Source: an uncultured Gammaproteobacteria bacterium (GTDB lineage: Bacteria > Pseudomonadota > Gammaproteobacteria > JACCXJ01). Taken from it: a DNA stretch of 64,000 bases. The notes below the pieces were generated by a model. The model did not search any database, was not told the origin of the DNA, and saw nothing but the letters and a program-made list of their open reading frames with translations. Positions 50,851 through 59,076 of this stretch are shown piece after piece. Location: positions 320,001 through 384,000 of the forward strand of contig CAVXTM010000016.1 in assembly GCA_963764725.1 (NCBI GenBank), read 5' to 3'. Numbering within the stretch: the stretch's first letter is position 1; each line of letters begins with the position of its first letter. The translations under genes were made by a program, and so were the position numbers.

Positions 50851-52395
50851 ATGTGGTTTGAGCTCATCTCTTTTAAAACGCGGCCAGATGTAAATTACTG
50901 GATGCCTATGACCATTGTTCTCACAAGCCTGATTTCGACACCAGTCTTCGCTTTCGGGCTCGAAGACGTTACCGGCATGGCCCACGGGCTTGCGGAAAAG
51001 GATTATGAGATGCCCAGTGACAATCTGCCGCCCGCACTCAAGGAAATCACGTACGACCAGTTTCGAGACATCCGCTTCAGGGATGAAAAATCGCTGTGGC
51101 GATCCGACAAGCTACCTTTCGAGGTCAAGTTCTTCCACGCAGGGCTTTATTTCCGTCACCGAATCAGGGTCAACCTGGTCGAAGCGGGAAACGTGAAGCT
51201 GCTTCGCTTCGATTCCAAAGACTTCCACTACGGCAAGAACACCTTTGACACCAGCAAGTTCGGAGATGTCGGCTTCGCGGGTTTTCGCGTGCACTACCCG
51301 ATTAACACCAAGGAGTACAAGGACGAGGTTGCGGTGTTTCTGGGCGCGAGCTATTTCCGCGCCGTGGGCAAAGGCCAGCGCTACGGACTTTCGGCGCGCG
51401 GGCTCGCGATGGATACGGCGGAGGACGCGGGTGAGGAATTCCCTGCCTTCAGAGAATTCTGGCTCGAGCGTCCGGCAGCGAATGCCAAACACCTTGTCGT
51501 GTACGCGCTGCTCGATTCCAAACGCGTGACCGGGGCGTATCAGTTCACTATCTACCCGGGTGAGACGACACACATGGATGTACAGGCGCATATCTTCCAG
51601 CGCGTTAAGGGCGCCAAGCTGGGCATCGCTCCGCTGACCGCGATGTTCTATTTCGCAGAGAACCAGCCCGCGCCTTCCGACGACTACCGTCCTGAAGTAC
51701 ATGATTCTGACGGGCTGCTCATCCAGACCGATCACAGCGAGTGGATCTGGCGTCCGCTGCTGAATCCGCGAAGGCTGTTGGTGACGAGCTTCGGGCTGCA
51801 TAATCCGCGCGGCTTCGGGCTTATGCAACGCGACCGCGATTTCCGAAACTACCAGGATCTTGAGGCGCGCTACGAGCTGCGGCCGAGCGCATGGATCACG
51901 CCCAAAGGCAACTGGGGACCGGGTCGCGTGGAGCTCGTGCTCATCCCCACGCCGGACGAGACCCACGACAATGTCGTTGCCTATTGGGTACCTAAGGAGG
52001 TGGCGGAACCCAAGCAGGCCATGAGTTTTCAGTACCGCCTGTCCTGGCAGCACGACGAGCTTGCCGAGCCTCCGCATGCCGCAGTAGTGCAATCGCGCGG
52101 CGGGCACGGCTGGCGTGAATATTCCGATGATTCCCAATTGTTCATGATCGACTTCGAGGGGCCTGCGCTAAAAAACCTCAAGCCGGACACCGCACTCGAG
52201 AGCGCGGTATGGGTAGGTGATACGGGTGAGCTTCTCGAGCACCAGGTGTTTCGCAACGATGCGACCGGAGGCTGGCGGGTGTCGCTGCGCATGCGCCGCA
52301 AACAGAGCGACCAGCCGGTCGAGATTCGCGTCGGGCTGCGTAGCGACGGCAAAGATATCTCTGAAACCTGGAGTTATCTGCTGCCCCCGCCGTAA
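50851..52395 (+). CDS. opgG: Periplasmic glucan biosynthesis protein G (OpgG/D, GH186)
   Basis: AGGAGG SD; YDQFRDIRF, FLGASYFRA, YGLSARG, EEFP.F.EFW, RPEVHDSDG, ETHDNVVAYW, SETWSY. Confidence 0.92.
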   Translation: MWFELISFKTRPDVNYWMPMTIVLTSLISTPVFAFGLEDVTGMAHGLAEKDYEMPSDNLPPALKEITYDQFRDIRFRDEKSLWRSDKLPFEVKFFHAGLYFRHRIRVNLVEAGNVKLLRFDSKDFHYGKNTFDTSKFGDVGFAGFRVHYPINTKEYKDEVAVFLGASYFRAVGKGQRYGLSARGLAMDTAEDAGEEFPAFREFWLERPAANAKHLVVYALLDSKRVTGAYQFTIYPGETTHMDVQAHIFQRVKGAKLGIAPLTAMFYFAENQPAPSDDYRPEVHDSDGLLIQTDHSEWIWRPLLNPRRLLVTSFGLHNPRGFGLMQRDRDFRNYQDLEARYELRPSAWITPKGNWGPGRVELVLIPTPDETHDNVVAYWVPKEVAEPKQAMSFQYRLSWQHDELAEPPHAAVVQSRGGHGWREYSDDSQLFMIDFEGPALKNLKPDTALESAVWVGDTGELLEHQVFRNDATGGWRVSLRMRRKQSDQPVEIRVGLRSDGKDISETWSYLLPPP

Positions 52396-52416
52396 CGGCC
52401 GGGGGGCCTCTGTCCT

Positions 52417-52457
52417 CGAACCAGATGGTCGGGGTTCGAGTCCCTCGAGGCGCGCCA
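52417..52457 (+). other. Second orphan tRNA 3'-half (tRNA-Arg-like), att-site scar
   Basis: CGAACCAGATGGTCGGGGTTCGAGTCCCTCGAGGCGCGCCA, followed by AATCAATAGGTTA and an AT-rich tract. Confidence 0.72.
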
Positions 52458-52672
52458 AATCAATAGGTTAAAGAAGTATCTAGAATAGTTTTAGATTTTT
52501 GTACGATTCCTTGTCGTGCCCATCCTCGTAGCGCTGTAGCAGTGTATGACTAATCCAGCGGTTACATTCAATCGAATATCTGGTTTCCACCGGCTATTTT
52601 CAGCGTGAAGTTGGACGAATCAAATACTCGGCAAGCCAGGCGCGGTCCGGGTGTGGCGACTCTCGCTACCAA

Positions 52673-54307
52673 TCAGCCCTGGCAGATCACCTCTCCCAAG
52701 GCTCGACCTAGCTTTTCGTTCTCATGGTAGTCGATAGGGCAGTCGATGAGTGACGGCGCTTTGTCTTGCAGGGCTGATTTGAGGGCGGGCAGCAAGTCTT
52801 CGGCACGCTCGATGCGATAGCCTCGCACACCGAAGCTCGCGGCATAGGCCACTAGATCGGGATTGCCGAAGTCGACGCCGAAGTGACGCCTAAGCCGCGT
52901 GTCCATGTGGTGTTGGATCAAGCCGTATTTGCCGTCGCGCAGCACCAGCACAGTGATGGCGACGCCTAAACGCACAGCGGTTTCCAACTCTTGCGAGTTC
53001 ATGAGAAACCCACCATCACCGCTCACCGCTACCACGCGCCGTTCGGGCAGGGCCAGCTTGGCGGCAAGTGCGCCCGGCAGCGCGATGCCCATGGCGGCGA
53101 AGCCGTTGGAGATGATGCAGGTGTTGGGGCGCTCCGCCGGGAACAGACGCGCTACCCAGAGTTTGTGCGCGCCCACGTCGCACACCAGTACGTCCTCGTC
53201 AACCATGGCGCGGCGCAGGTCGGCGATGACGCGTTGCGGCTTGAGCGGGTAGGCCGTGTCATCGGCACCCTGTTGCGCTACCTGTACCAGGTCAGTATGC
53301 AGGTGTTTCCCCGTCCCTTCAGGTTTGGGCGTGGCCTGATTTGCGATGCGGTCCAGGGCATCGGCGATGTCGCCCACGATGCCAGCGGCCAGCATGTAGT
53401 GTGCGTCCACTTCCGCCGGTGCCGAGTCTATGTGCCCTATGCGCTTATCGCGCTTCGGATTCCAGCGCGCCGGGTCGTACTCCACCATGTCGTAGCCGAT
53501 GCACAGCACCAGGTCGGCACCATCCAGCCCGAAGGCCACGGGGTCCCGTGCCTGCAGGCCGATAGTGCCCAGGCATAACGGGTGCGAGAAGGGCACCGCT
53601 CCCTTGGCCATGAAGGTGGTGACCGCCGGCAGGTTGAGCCGCTCGATAAATGCCACAACGGCAGCGGAGGCGCGCTGGCGGACGGCGCCGTTACCCACCA
53701 GTACCAAAGGCGCCTCGGCCTCGTCGATCAGGCGCGCGATCTGGTCTACCTTGGCTTGGGGTGCGCGCGGTGTCGCCGGTGCCTGCACCTTGAGCGGCGC
53801 GCAACCCTGAGCCGCCATCTGTGCCACGTTTTCCGGCACCTCGATGAAGCTGGCGCCGGGCTTTTCCGTCTGGGCCAGCTTGAACGCCTTGCGCACCACT
53901 TCGGGCACGATCTCCGGTTCCAACACCCGGGCGCTGAACTTAGTGCAGTGGCTGAACAAGGCCGCCAGATCCAACACCTGATGGCTCTCCTTGTGCATGC
54001 GCGTCGTTGCCGCCTGCCCGGCGATGGCCACCAGCGGAGCGCGGTCCATGTTGGCGTCGGCCACGCCCGTGATCAGGTTGGTGGCGCCCGGTCCCAGGGT
54101 AGCCAGGCACACGCCGGCACGTCCGGTGAGGCGACCGTAGACGTCGGCCATGAAGGCCGCGCCCTGTTCATGGCGTGTGATAACAAAGCGGATGCGGCTT
54201 TGCGCAAGCGCGTCCATGATGTGGATGTTCTCCTCCCCCGGAATGCCGAAGACATAGTCCACGCCCTCGTTCTCCAGGCAGTGCACCAAGAGCTCGGCTG
54301 CGTTCAT
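52673..54307 (-). CDS. Acetolactate synthase large subunit-like TPP enzyme
   Basis: FGIPGEEN, RHEQGAAF, TLGPGATN, GDGGFLMN TPP motif; start ATG 54307; no small subunit next to it. Confidence 0.92.
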   Translation of the reverse strand: MNAAELLVHCLENEGVDYVFGIPGEENIHIMDALAQSRIRFVITRHEQGAAFMADVYGRLTGRAGVCLATLGPGATNLITGVADANMDRAPLVAIAGQAATTRMHKESHQVLDLAALFSHCTKFSARVLEPEIVPEVVRKAFKLAQTEKPGASFIEVPENVAQMAAQGCAPLKVQAPATPRAPQAKVDQIARLIDEAEAPLVLVGNGAVRQRASAAVVAFIERLNLPAVTTFMAKGAVPFSHPLCLGTIGLQARDPVAFGLDGADLVLCIGYDMVEYDPARWNPKRDKRIGHIDSAPAEVDAHYMLAAGIVGDIADALDRIANQATPKPEGTGKHLHTDLVQVAQQGADDTAYPLKPQRVIADLRRAMVDEDVLVCDVGAHKLWVARLFPAERPNTCIISNGFAAMGIALPGALAAKLALPERRVVAVSGDGGFLMNSQELETAVRLGVAITVLVLRDGKYGLIQHHMDTRLRRHFGVDFGNPDLVAYAASFGVRGYRIERAEDLLPALKSALQDKAPSLIDCPIDYHENEKLGRALGEVICQG

Positions 54308-54768
54308 TCGCGTGGCCACCGTGTTACTCAGCGAGGCCTGCGATGAACTCGCCGGTGGTTGCCGATGACCTTGAGTCTCGGATCCGCCGGGAACCATAAA
54401 ACGGATAACGTAAACGCATTTCGTCAATCAACCGCATTAGCCTGAGGACCTACCTACCGCGATAATACACCCAGAACGCGAGATCCGAGGCAACGAACAA
54501 TGCCGAACCCGCTACAGCCCAGACGCCTCTTCGCCTGCAGCGCTTGAGCACCATGATGAGCAGATGGGCGATGGGCGATGGGCATAAACAGTTCTCGCAT
54601 GGCGCCCTACCTTATCGGTCCATCCAGTATTCTCAAGACTGCGATTCCGGCATGAATTCTCCTACAATGAACAATTGGCGACAGACACGAAGAAAACATC
54701 GTGCAGACCGATCCAAAGTCGAAGGATCTGCAGGAGCAGCTCACATGGTGGATCGAAAGGCCGAGCAA

Positions 54769-55212
54769 ATGAGCGGCAATAGCCCCCACAAGAATCCGAA
54801 ACCGACGGTCGATGTCTTGATCGAGCTCGACGGTCGACCGGGCGAGCTGGTCTTCATCGAGCGGCTGAACGATCCGAAGGGCATTGCGCTCCCCGGGGGG
54901 TTTGTCGACGAGGGCGAGTGGATTGCCGACGCCGCCGTGCGCGAGGCGAAGGAAGAGACCGGCCTCGACGTCGAACTCCTCGAGCTGTTTCACGTCTACT
55001 CGGATCCGTCGCGCGACAAGCGCACGCACACGATCTCGACGGTGTTCATCGGTCGCGCGCGAGGCACGCCGGTCGGCGGCGACGACGCGGCCGGCGCTAT
55101 CGCCTGCCGACCCGACGCGCTGGCGCAGCCACTGGTATTCGACCACGCGCGGATCGTCGCCGACTACCTCGCGTACAAGCAGCGTGGTGTGCGCCCACCG
55201 CCGCGGCGCTAG
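54769..55212 (+). CDS. NUDIX hydrolase
   Basis: NPKPTVDVLIE, ALPGGFVDEGE...AAVREAKEETG Nudix box, YSDPSRD, GDDA, FDHA. Confidence 0.9.
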   Translation: MSGNSPHKNPKPTVDVLIELDGRPGELVFIERLNDPKGIALPGGFVDEGEWIADAAVREAKEETGLDVELLELFHVYSDPSRDKRTHTISTVFIGRARGTPVGGDDAAGAIACRPDALAQPLVFDHARIVADYLAYKQRGVRPPPRR

Positions 55213-55236
55213 ACTCGACCCGGAGAAAGAGGAAAG

Positions 55237-55869
55237 TCATGAGTGCGTTATCAGCTCTAAGAATTCAGCGCGCGTTCGGGTATCTTCCCGGAATTTGCCA
55301 AGCATCGCGCTCGTTACCGTTAGGCTATTTTGTTTTTGCACCCCTCGCATGACCATACAAAAGTGGCTGGCTTCCATCACCACGCCCACGCCTGTTGCTT
55401 TGAGCACCTCCATTAGCGTCATGGCGACCTGGCTAGTGAGCCGTTCTTGGAGCTGCAGGCGACGCGCGAACACATCGATAACGCGAGCAATCTTCGAGAG
55501 GCCGATCACTTGCCCATTAGGAAGATAACCGACATGAGCTCTGCCTGCAAAAGGGAGCATATGATGTTCGCAGAGGGAATAGAACTCGATATCCTTGACC
55601 ACGATCATATCATCGCAGTCTTCGGAAAACAGGGAGTCCTTAACAACCTCGGTGGCTGACATGCGGTAGCCGCTGGTAAGGAAGTTCATCGCCTTGGCTA
55701 CGCGTTGCGGCGTACGGTCAAGGCCTTCGCGGTTTGGGTCTTCACCTAAGTGGAGCAGCATCTTCCGCACGAGGGACTCGAATTTTGTGTCATAGCTCTC
55801 GCCCGGTGTTGCATCCAAATTGGCGGCATAGTGACCCTCGGCTAATACATTCATCAGTGGCTTATTCAT
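55237..55869 (-). CDS. folE: GTP cyclohydrolase I
   Basis: [47 protein letters not shown]. Confidence 0.95.
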   Translation of the reverse strand: MNKPLMNVLAEGHYAANLDATPGESYDTKFESLVRKMLLHLGEDPNREGLDRTPQRVAKAMNFLTSGYRMSATEVVKDSLFSEDCDDMIVVKDIEFYSLCEHHMLPFAGRAHVGYLPNGQVIGLSKIARVIDVFARRLQLQERLTSQVAMTLMEVLKATGVGVVMEASHFCMVMRGVQKQNSLTVTSAMLGKFREDTRTRAEFLELITHS

Positions 55870-56288
55870 TCCTTGTGCTCCGCTCTTGGTTTTAACAGAA
55901 AGGGGTGTATCACAATAGACGAATAAGTTTAAACGCTCTTTTTCGTTGAACAAGAAAATTACTGCTGGGTTTGTGAGTTGTCAAACAGGCTCGTCCTGGA
56001 TTTGTCATCGGGAAGTTTTCGGGCCATTCATGGGCCAGAGGTGCCAACTTTCGAGACCGCTCCCCTTATCCGGACGTTATCAGAAGGTCAGCGAGCGCTA
56101 CCTGCCTTGCAAAGGCCTTGGGAACCCTTTGACGATAGCCTATTTGGCGGCCATCGAGCCATAGATGCACGGCAATTGTTGCGCCATGACCGCTCTTCCC
56201 TGTCAAGCTTGCATAACCAAAACGGGTGCGTCCTTGGGACATTCTTGGTAATCTGTAACCTCGACAAAATGTGAAGGAGCTAAAAACG

Positions 56289-56864
56289 ATGGGTATCTTA
56301 GATCGGATATTCGGAAGCGATAAAGCGCCAAAGCAAGGACAGGCGACACAGCAACGCGGACCGCTCTCCGATGATCAGGCCATCGCCCGTTACCGCTACC
56401 TGCTCAAGACTGCACCGCCGGAAACAATCGAGCAGGCGCACGCCGAAGCCTTCGCGCGACTCACGCCGGAGCAGCGGCGGATGGTGCTGCAACAATTAAG
56501 CGCGAGCGCGCCGGAAGCGGAGCCAGCAGCCGTGGCTCCGGGCGAGGCCGATCCACAGGCGCTGGCGCGTATGGCGACGCGCGCCGAAGTGCGGCAACCC
56601 GGCACTATGGAGCGGACGTTCGGCCGTATGGGCGGCGGCGTAGGATTAGGGGGACTGATGGCGGGCAGCTTTTTGAGCACCATCGCCGGTACGGTCATCG
56701 GAAGTATGATCGCACAACAATTTTTTAGTCACGAAATCGGCTTCGATGCGGACGGTGTTGATAGTGGGCACCCGTCTGGCGTAGACGTGAATCAAGACGC
56801 CGGCGACTATGCGGCTGACGATGCGAGCGGCGAGATGGATGCCGGCGACTGCGGCGACGTGTGA
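56289..56864 (+). CDS. Hypothetical protein with helical core, Gly-rich hydrophobic segment and acidic tail
   Basis: AAGGAG SD; AIARYRYLLKTAPPETIEQAHAEAF...LARMATRAE core. Confidence 0.75.
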   Translation: MGILDRIFGSDKAPKQGQATQQRGPLSDDQAIARYRYLLKTAPPETIEQAHAEAFARLTPEQRRMVLQQLSASAPEAEPAAVAPGEADPQALARMATRAEVRQPGTMERTFGRMGGGVGLGGLMAGSFLSTIAGTVIGSMIAQQFFSHEIGFDADGVDSGHPSGVDVNQDAGDYAADDASGEMDAGDCGDV

Positions 56865-57555
56865 GCTAACTTGGTCGGCGGCGACTAAGCGGCCGCGCTT
56901 ATAGGGAAAATATTACAAAAAAGGCGGTCGAGCGAACCGTGTGGAGTACGTGGGACGGTGATTACTGAATTCGATCTAGCGGAGGCCTTCAAATTCCAAT
57001 TTGGACAACCGGAGATTATTTTAACCTCTTCCTGAATGCTCCAAGGGAATCAATTCGAGGTCGAGCAGTCCCAGCCTAGAGTCCAGGCGTTAAAGGCAAG
57101 TTCCCGGCACAGCAATTGGTTCATCCTCAGCATGCCGTCGGAACTCCATCGCTGTCAAGAAAAGTTAAAGCATGACTACGCTGAAAGGCGCAAAAACCCT
57201 ATTCTGCTAAGCTGCAAGTGGCGCGGCCGGACGGGCGTGATTTCACGGCTGACTTCAAAAAGGCAAGCGGCTTGGTTACAAAAAAGCTGGGAATTGCTCG
57301 TGGGTACTCTGAGTTTCGTCATTGCGGGCGAAGCGAGGCAATCTGACGTGCGGCGCCCATCCTGGAATGCTTTTGATCCAGGATCCTGGAACCCGAAGAG
57401 CCTGGCTGCTGTGCGGTAAAGACACTCCAGGATGCCTTCGTCACCAGTGGACTAGGATGAACCCAACAGATTTCTCGAACGAACCTGTTTCCGTCACTTC
57501 GAGCGACGGCGCGAAGGTAGGCGCTCTTGCAGCAAGGCGCCGGGAAGCTCGCCCC

Positions 57556-59076
57556 ATGCGTCGGTCCTGGACGTTGTTTCTCGCCGTCACGTTCGGCTGT
57601 GTCACAGGCGCGGCCGCGACACGGACCGAATCCCAGTCGAAATCCGCGACGCAGCCAGCGTTTACCACGAATACGGTGATTGAAGCCGCGCGCAGCGCGG
57701 CGGCGAAGCCCTGGGCGCCGAAGAACCTGGATGGCTCACCGGCGCTGCAACAACTGACTTACGACCAGTATCGGGACATCCGCGTCAACGCGGACGAAGG
57801 CATCTGGCGAAATGAGCGGGTACCGTTTCGCGTCGAGATCCTGCCGGCGGGCTTTATCTTCAAGATCCCAGTCAAGGTGTCGGTCGTGGAAAACCGGATT
57901 GCCCGGAGTGTTCCCGGCGCGCCCGGAATGTTCTCTCTCGGCCCGCTGGTTGCCAAGCAACTCGCCAATCAGTCGTTGCCGCTCTCCGGTTTTCGCATGC
58001 GTACGCGCCTGAACTCACGCTCCGTCTGGGACGAATTCCTGGTGTTTCAGGGCGCCTCCTACTTCCGCGCGATCGACAAGGGCGGGGCGTACGGGCTGTC
58101 GGCGCGTGGGCTTGCAATCCGCACGGCCCACGCGATGGGCGAGGAATTTCCGGCGTTCACAGAGTTCTGGATTGAGCGGCCCGCAGCGAACGCCTCCGGT
58201 ATCGTGGTGCACGCGCTGCTCGACAGCGAATCGACGACCGGCGCCTACCGGTTTTCCATCATTCCCGGCAGCGAGACGATCATAGACATCGACGTCACGC
58301 TGTTTCCCCGCACAGCGCTCGACCATGTCGGCATTGCGCCGCTCGCGTCGATGTTCCTGTTCGATGAATCTGAGCGCACGCGCATCGACGATTATCGCGA
58401 TGAGGTCCACGACTCCGACGGTCTGCAAATCCTGCTCGCTTCCGGCGAACGCGTATGGCGGCCGCTGCGCAATCCGACGCAGTTGCAGGTATCGAGTTTC
58501 ACTTCCGAAGCGCCGAAAGGGTTCGGCCTGATTCAGCGCTCACGCAGCGCTTCCGACTATCACGATCTCGAAGCGCACTACGAGGATCGGGCGAGCGCCT
58601 GGATCGAACCGACGAGCCAATGGGGCGAAGGTTCGGTGCAGCTGGTCGAGATTCCGACCGACAACGCGGCGAACGACAACATCGTCGCATTCTGGCGTCC
58701 GAAGCACGTGATACCGGCGGGCAAAGCGTGGCATACCTCGTATCGCATACGCTGGAATTCACAGCCAAAGCTGACGCTGGCACTCGGCAAGGCGACGGCG
58801 ACGCGCACCGGCCCGAGCTTCGACGGCAAGCGGCGTATCTTCGTCATCGACTTCAGCGGCACCGGCCGTTCGATCGAGGGACTGAAGCTCGACGCCAGCA
58901 CGTCGGCGGGCAAGCTCTCGAACCTGGTGTTGCAACCGAACCCGCTCACAAAGGGTGTGCGTGCGAGCTTCGAGCTCGACCCGGGCGACGCTGGGGTCGC
59001 CGAACTGCGTCTACGTGTATTGCGAGGCAATCGTCCCGCGAGCGAGACCTGGCTGTATCGATGGACAGCCAGCTGA
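57556..59076 (+). CDS. Second OpgG/OpgD family (GH186) periplasmic glucan protein
   Basis: Signal peptide MRRSWTLFLAV; YDQYRDIR, FQGASYFRA, YGLSARG, EVHDSDG, NDNIVAFW, SETWLYRW. Confidence 0.92.
   Translation: MRRSWTLFLAVTFGCVTGAAATRTESQSKSATQPAFTTNTVIEAARSAAAKPWAPKNLDGSPALQQLTYDQYRDIRVNADEGIWRNERVPFRVEILPAGFIFKIPVKVSVVENRIARSVPGAPGMFSLGPLVAKQLANQSLPLSGFRMRTRLNSRSVWDEFLVFQGASYFRAIDKGGAYGLSARGLAIRTAHAMGEEFPAFTEFWIERPAANASGIVVHALLDSESTTGAYRFSIIPGSETIIDIDVTLFPRTALDHVGIAPLASMFLFDESERTRIDDYRDEVHDSDGLQILLASGERVWRPLRNPTQLQVSSFTSEAPKGFGLIQRSRSASDYHDLEAHYEDRASAWIEPTSQWGEGSVQLVEIPTDNAANDNIVAFWRPKHVIPAGKAWHTSYRIRWNSQPKLTLALGKATATRTGPSFDGKRRIFVIDFSGTGRSIEGLKLDASTSAGKLSNLVLQPNPLTKGVRASFELDPGDAGVAELRLRVLRGNRPASETWLYRWTAS

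Noticed and set aside
57317-57344. CGTCATTGCG...GAGGCAATCT resembling a dispersed palindromic repeat
   Set aside because: Only one short degenerate copy in the window, so repeat status cannot be shown
57322-59060. Extended N-termini in the ORF track (57322, 58455; likewise 50593, 14718, 7763, 25841, 54544)
   Set aside because: They are read-through extensions; family similarity, signal peptides or SD sites point to downstream starts
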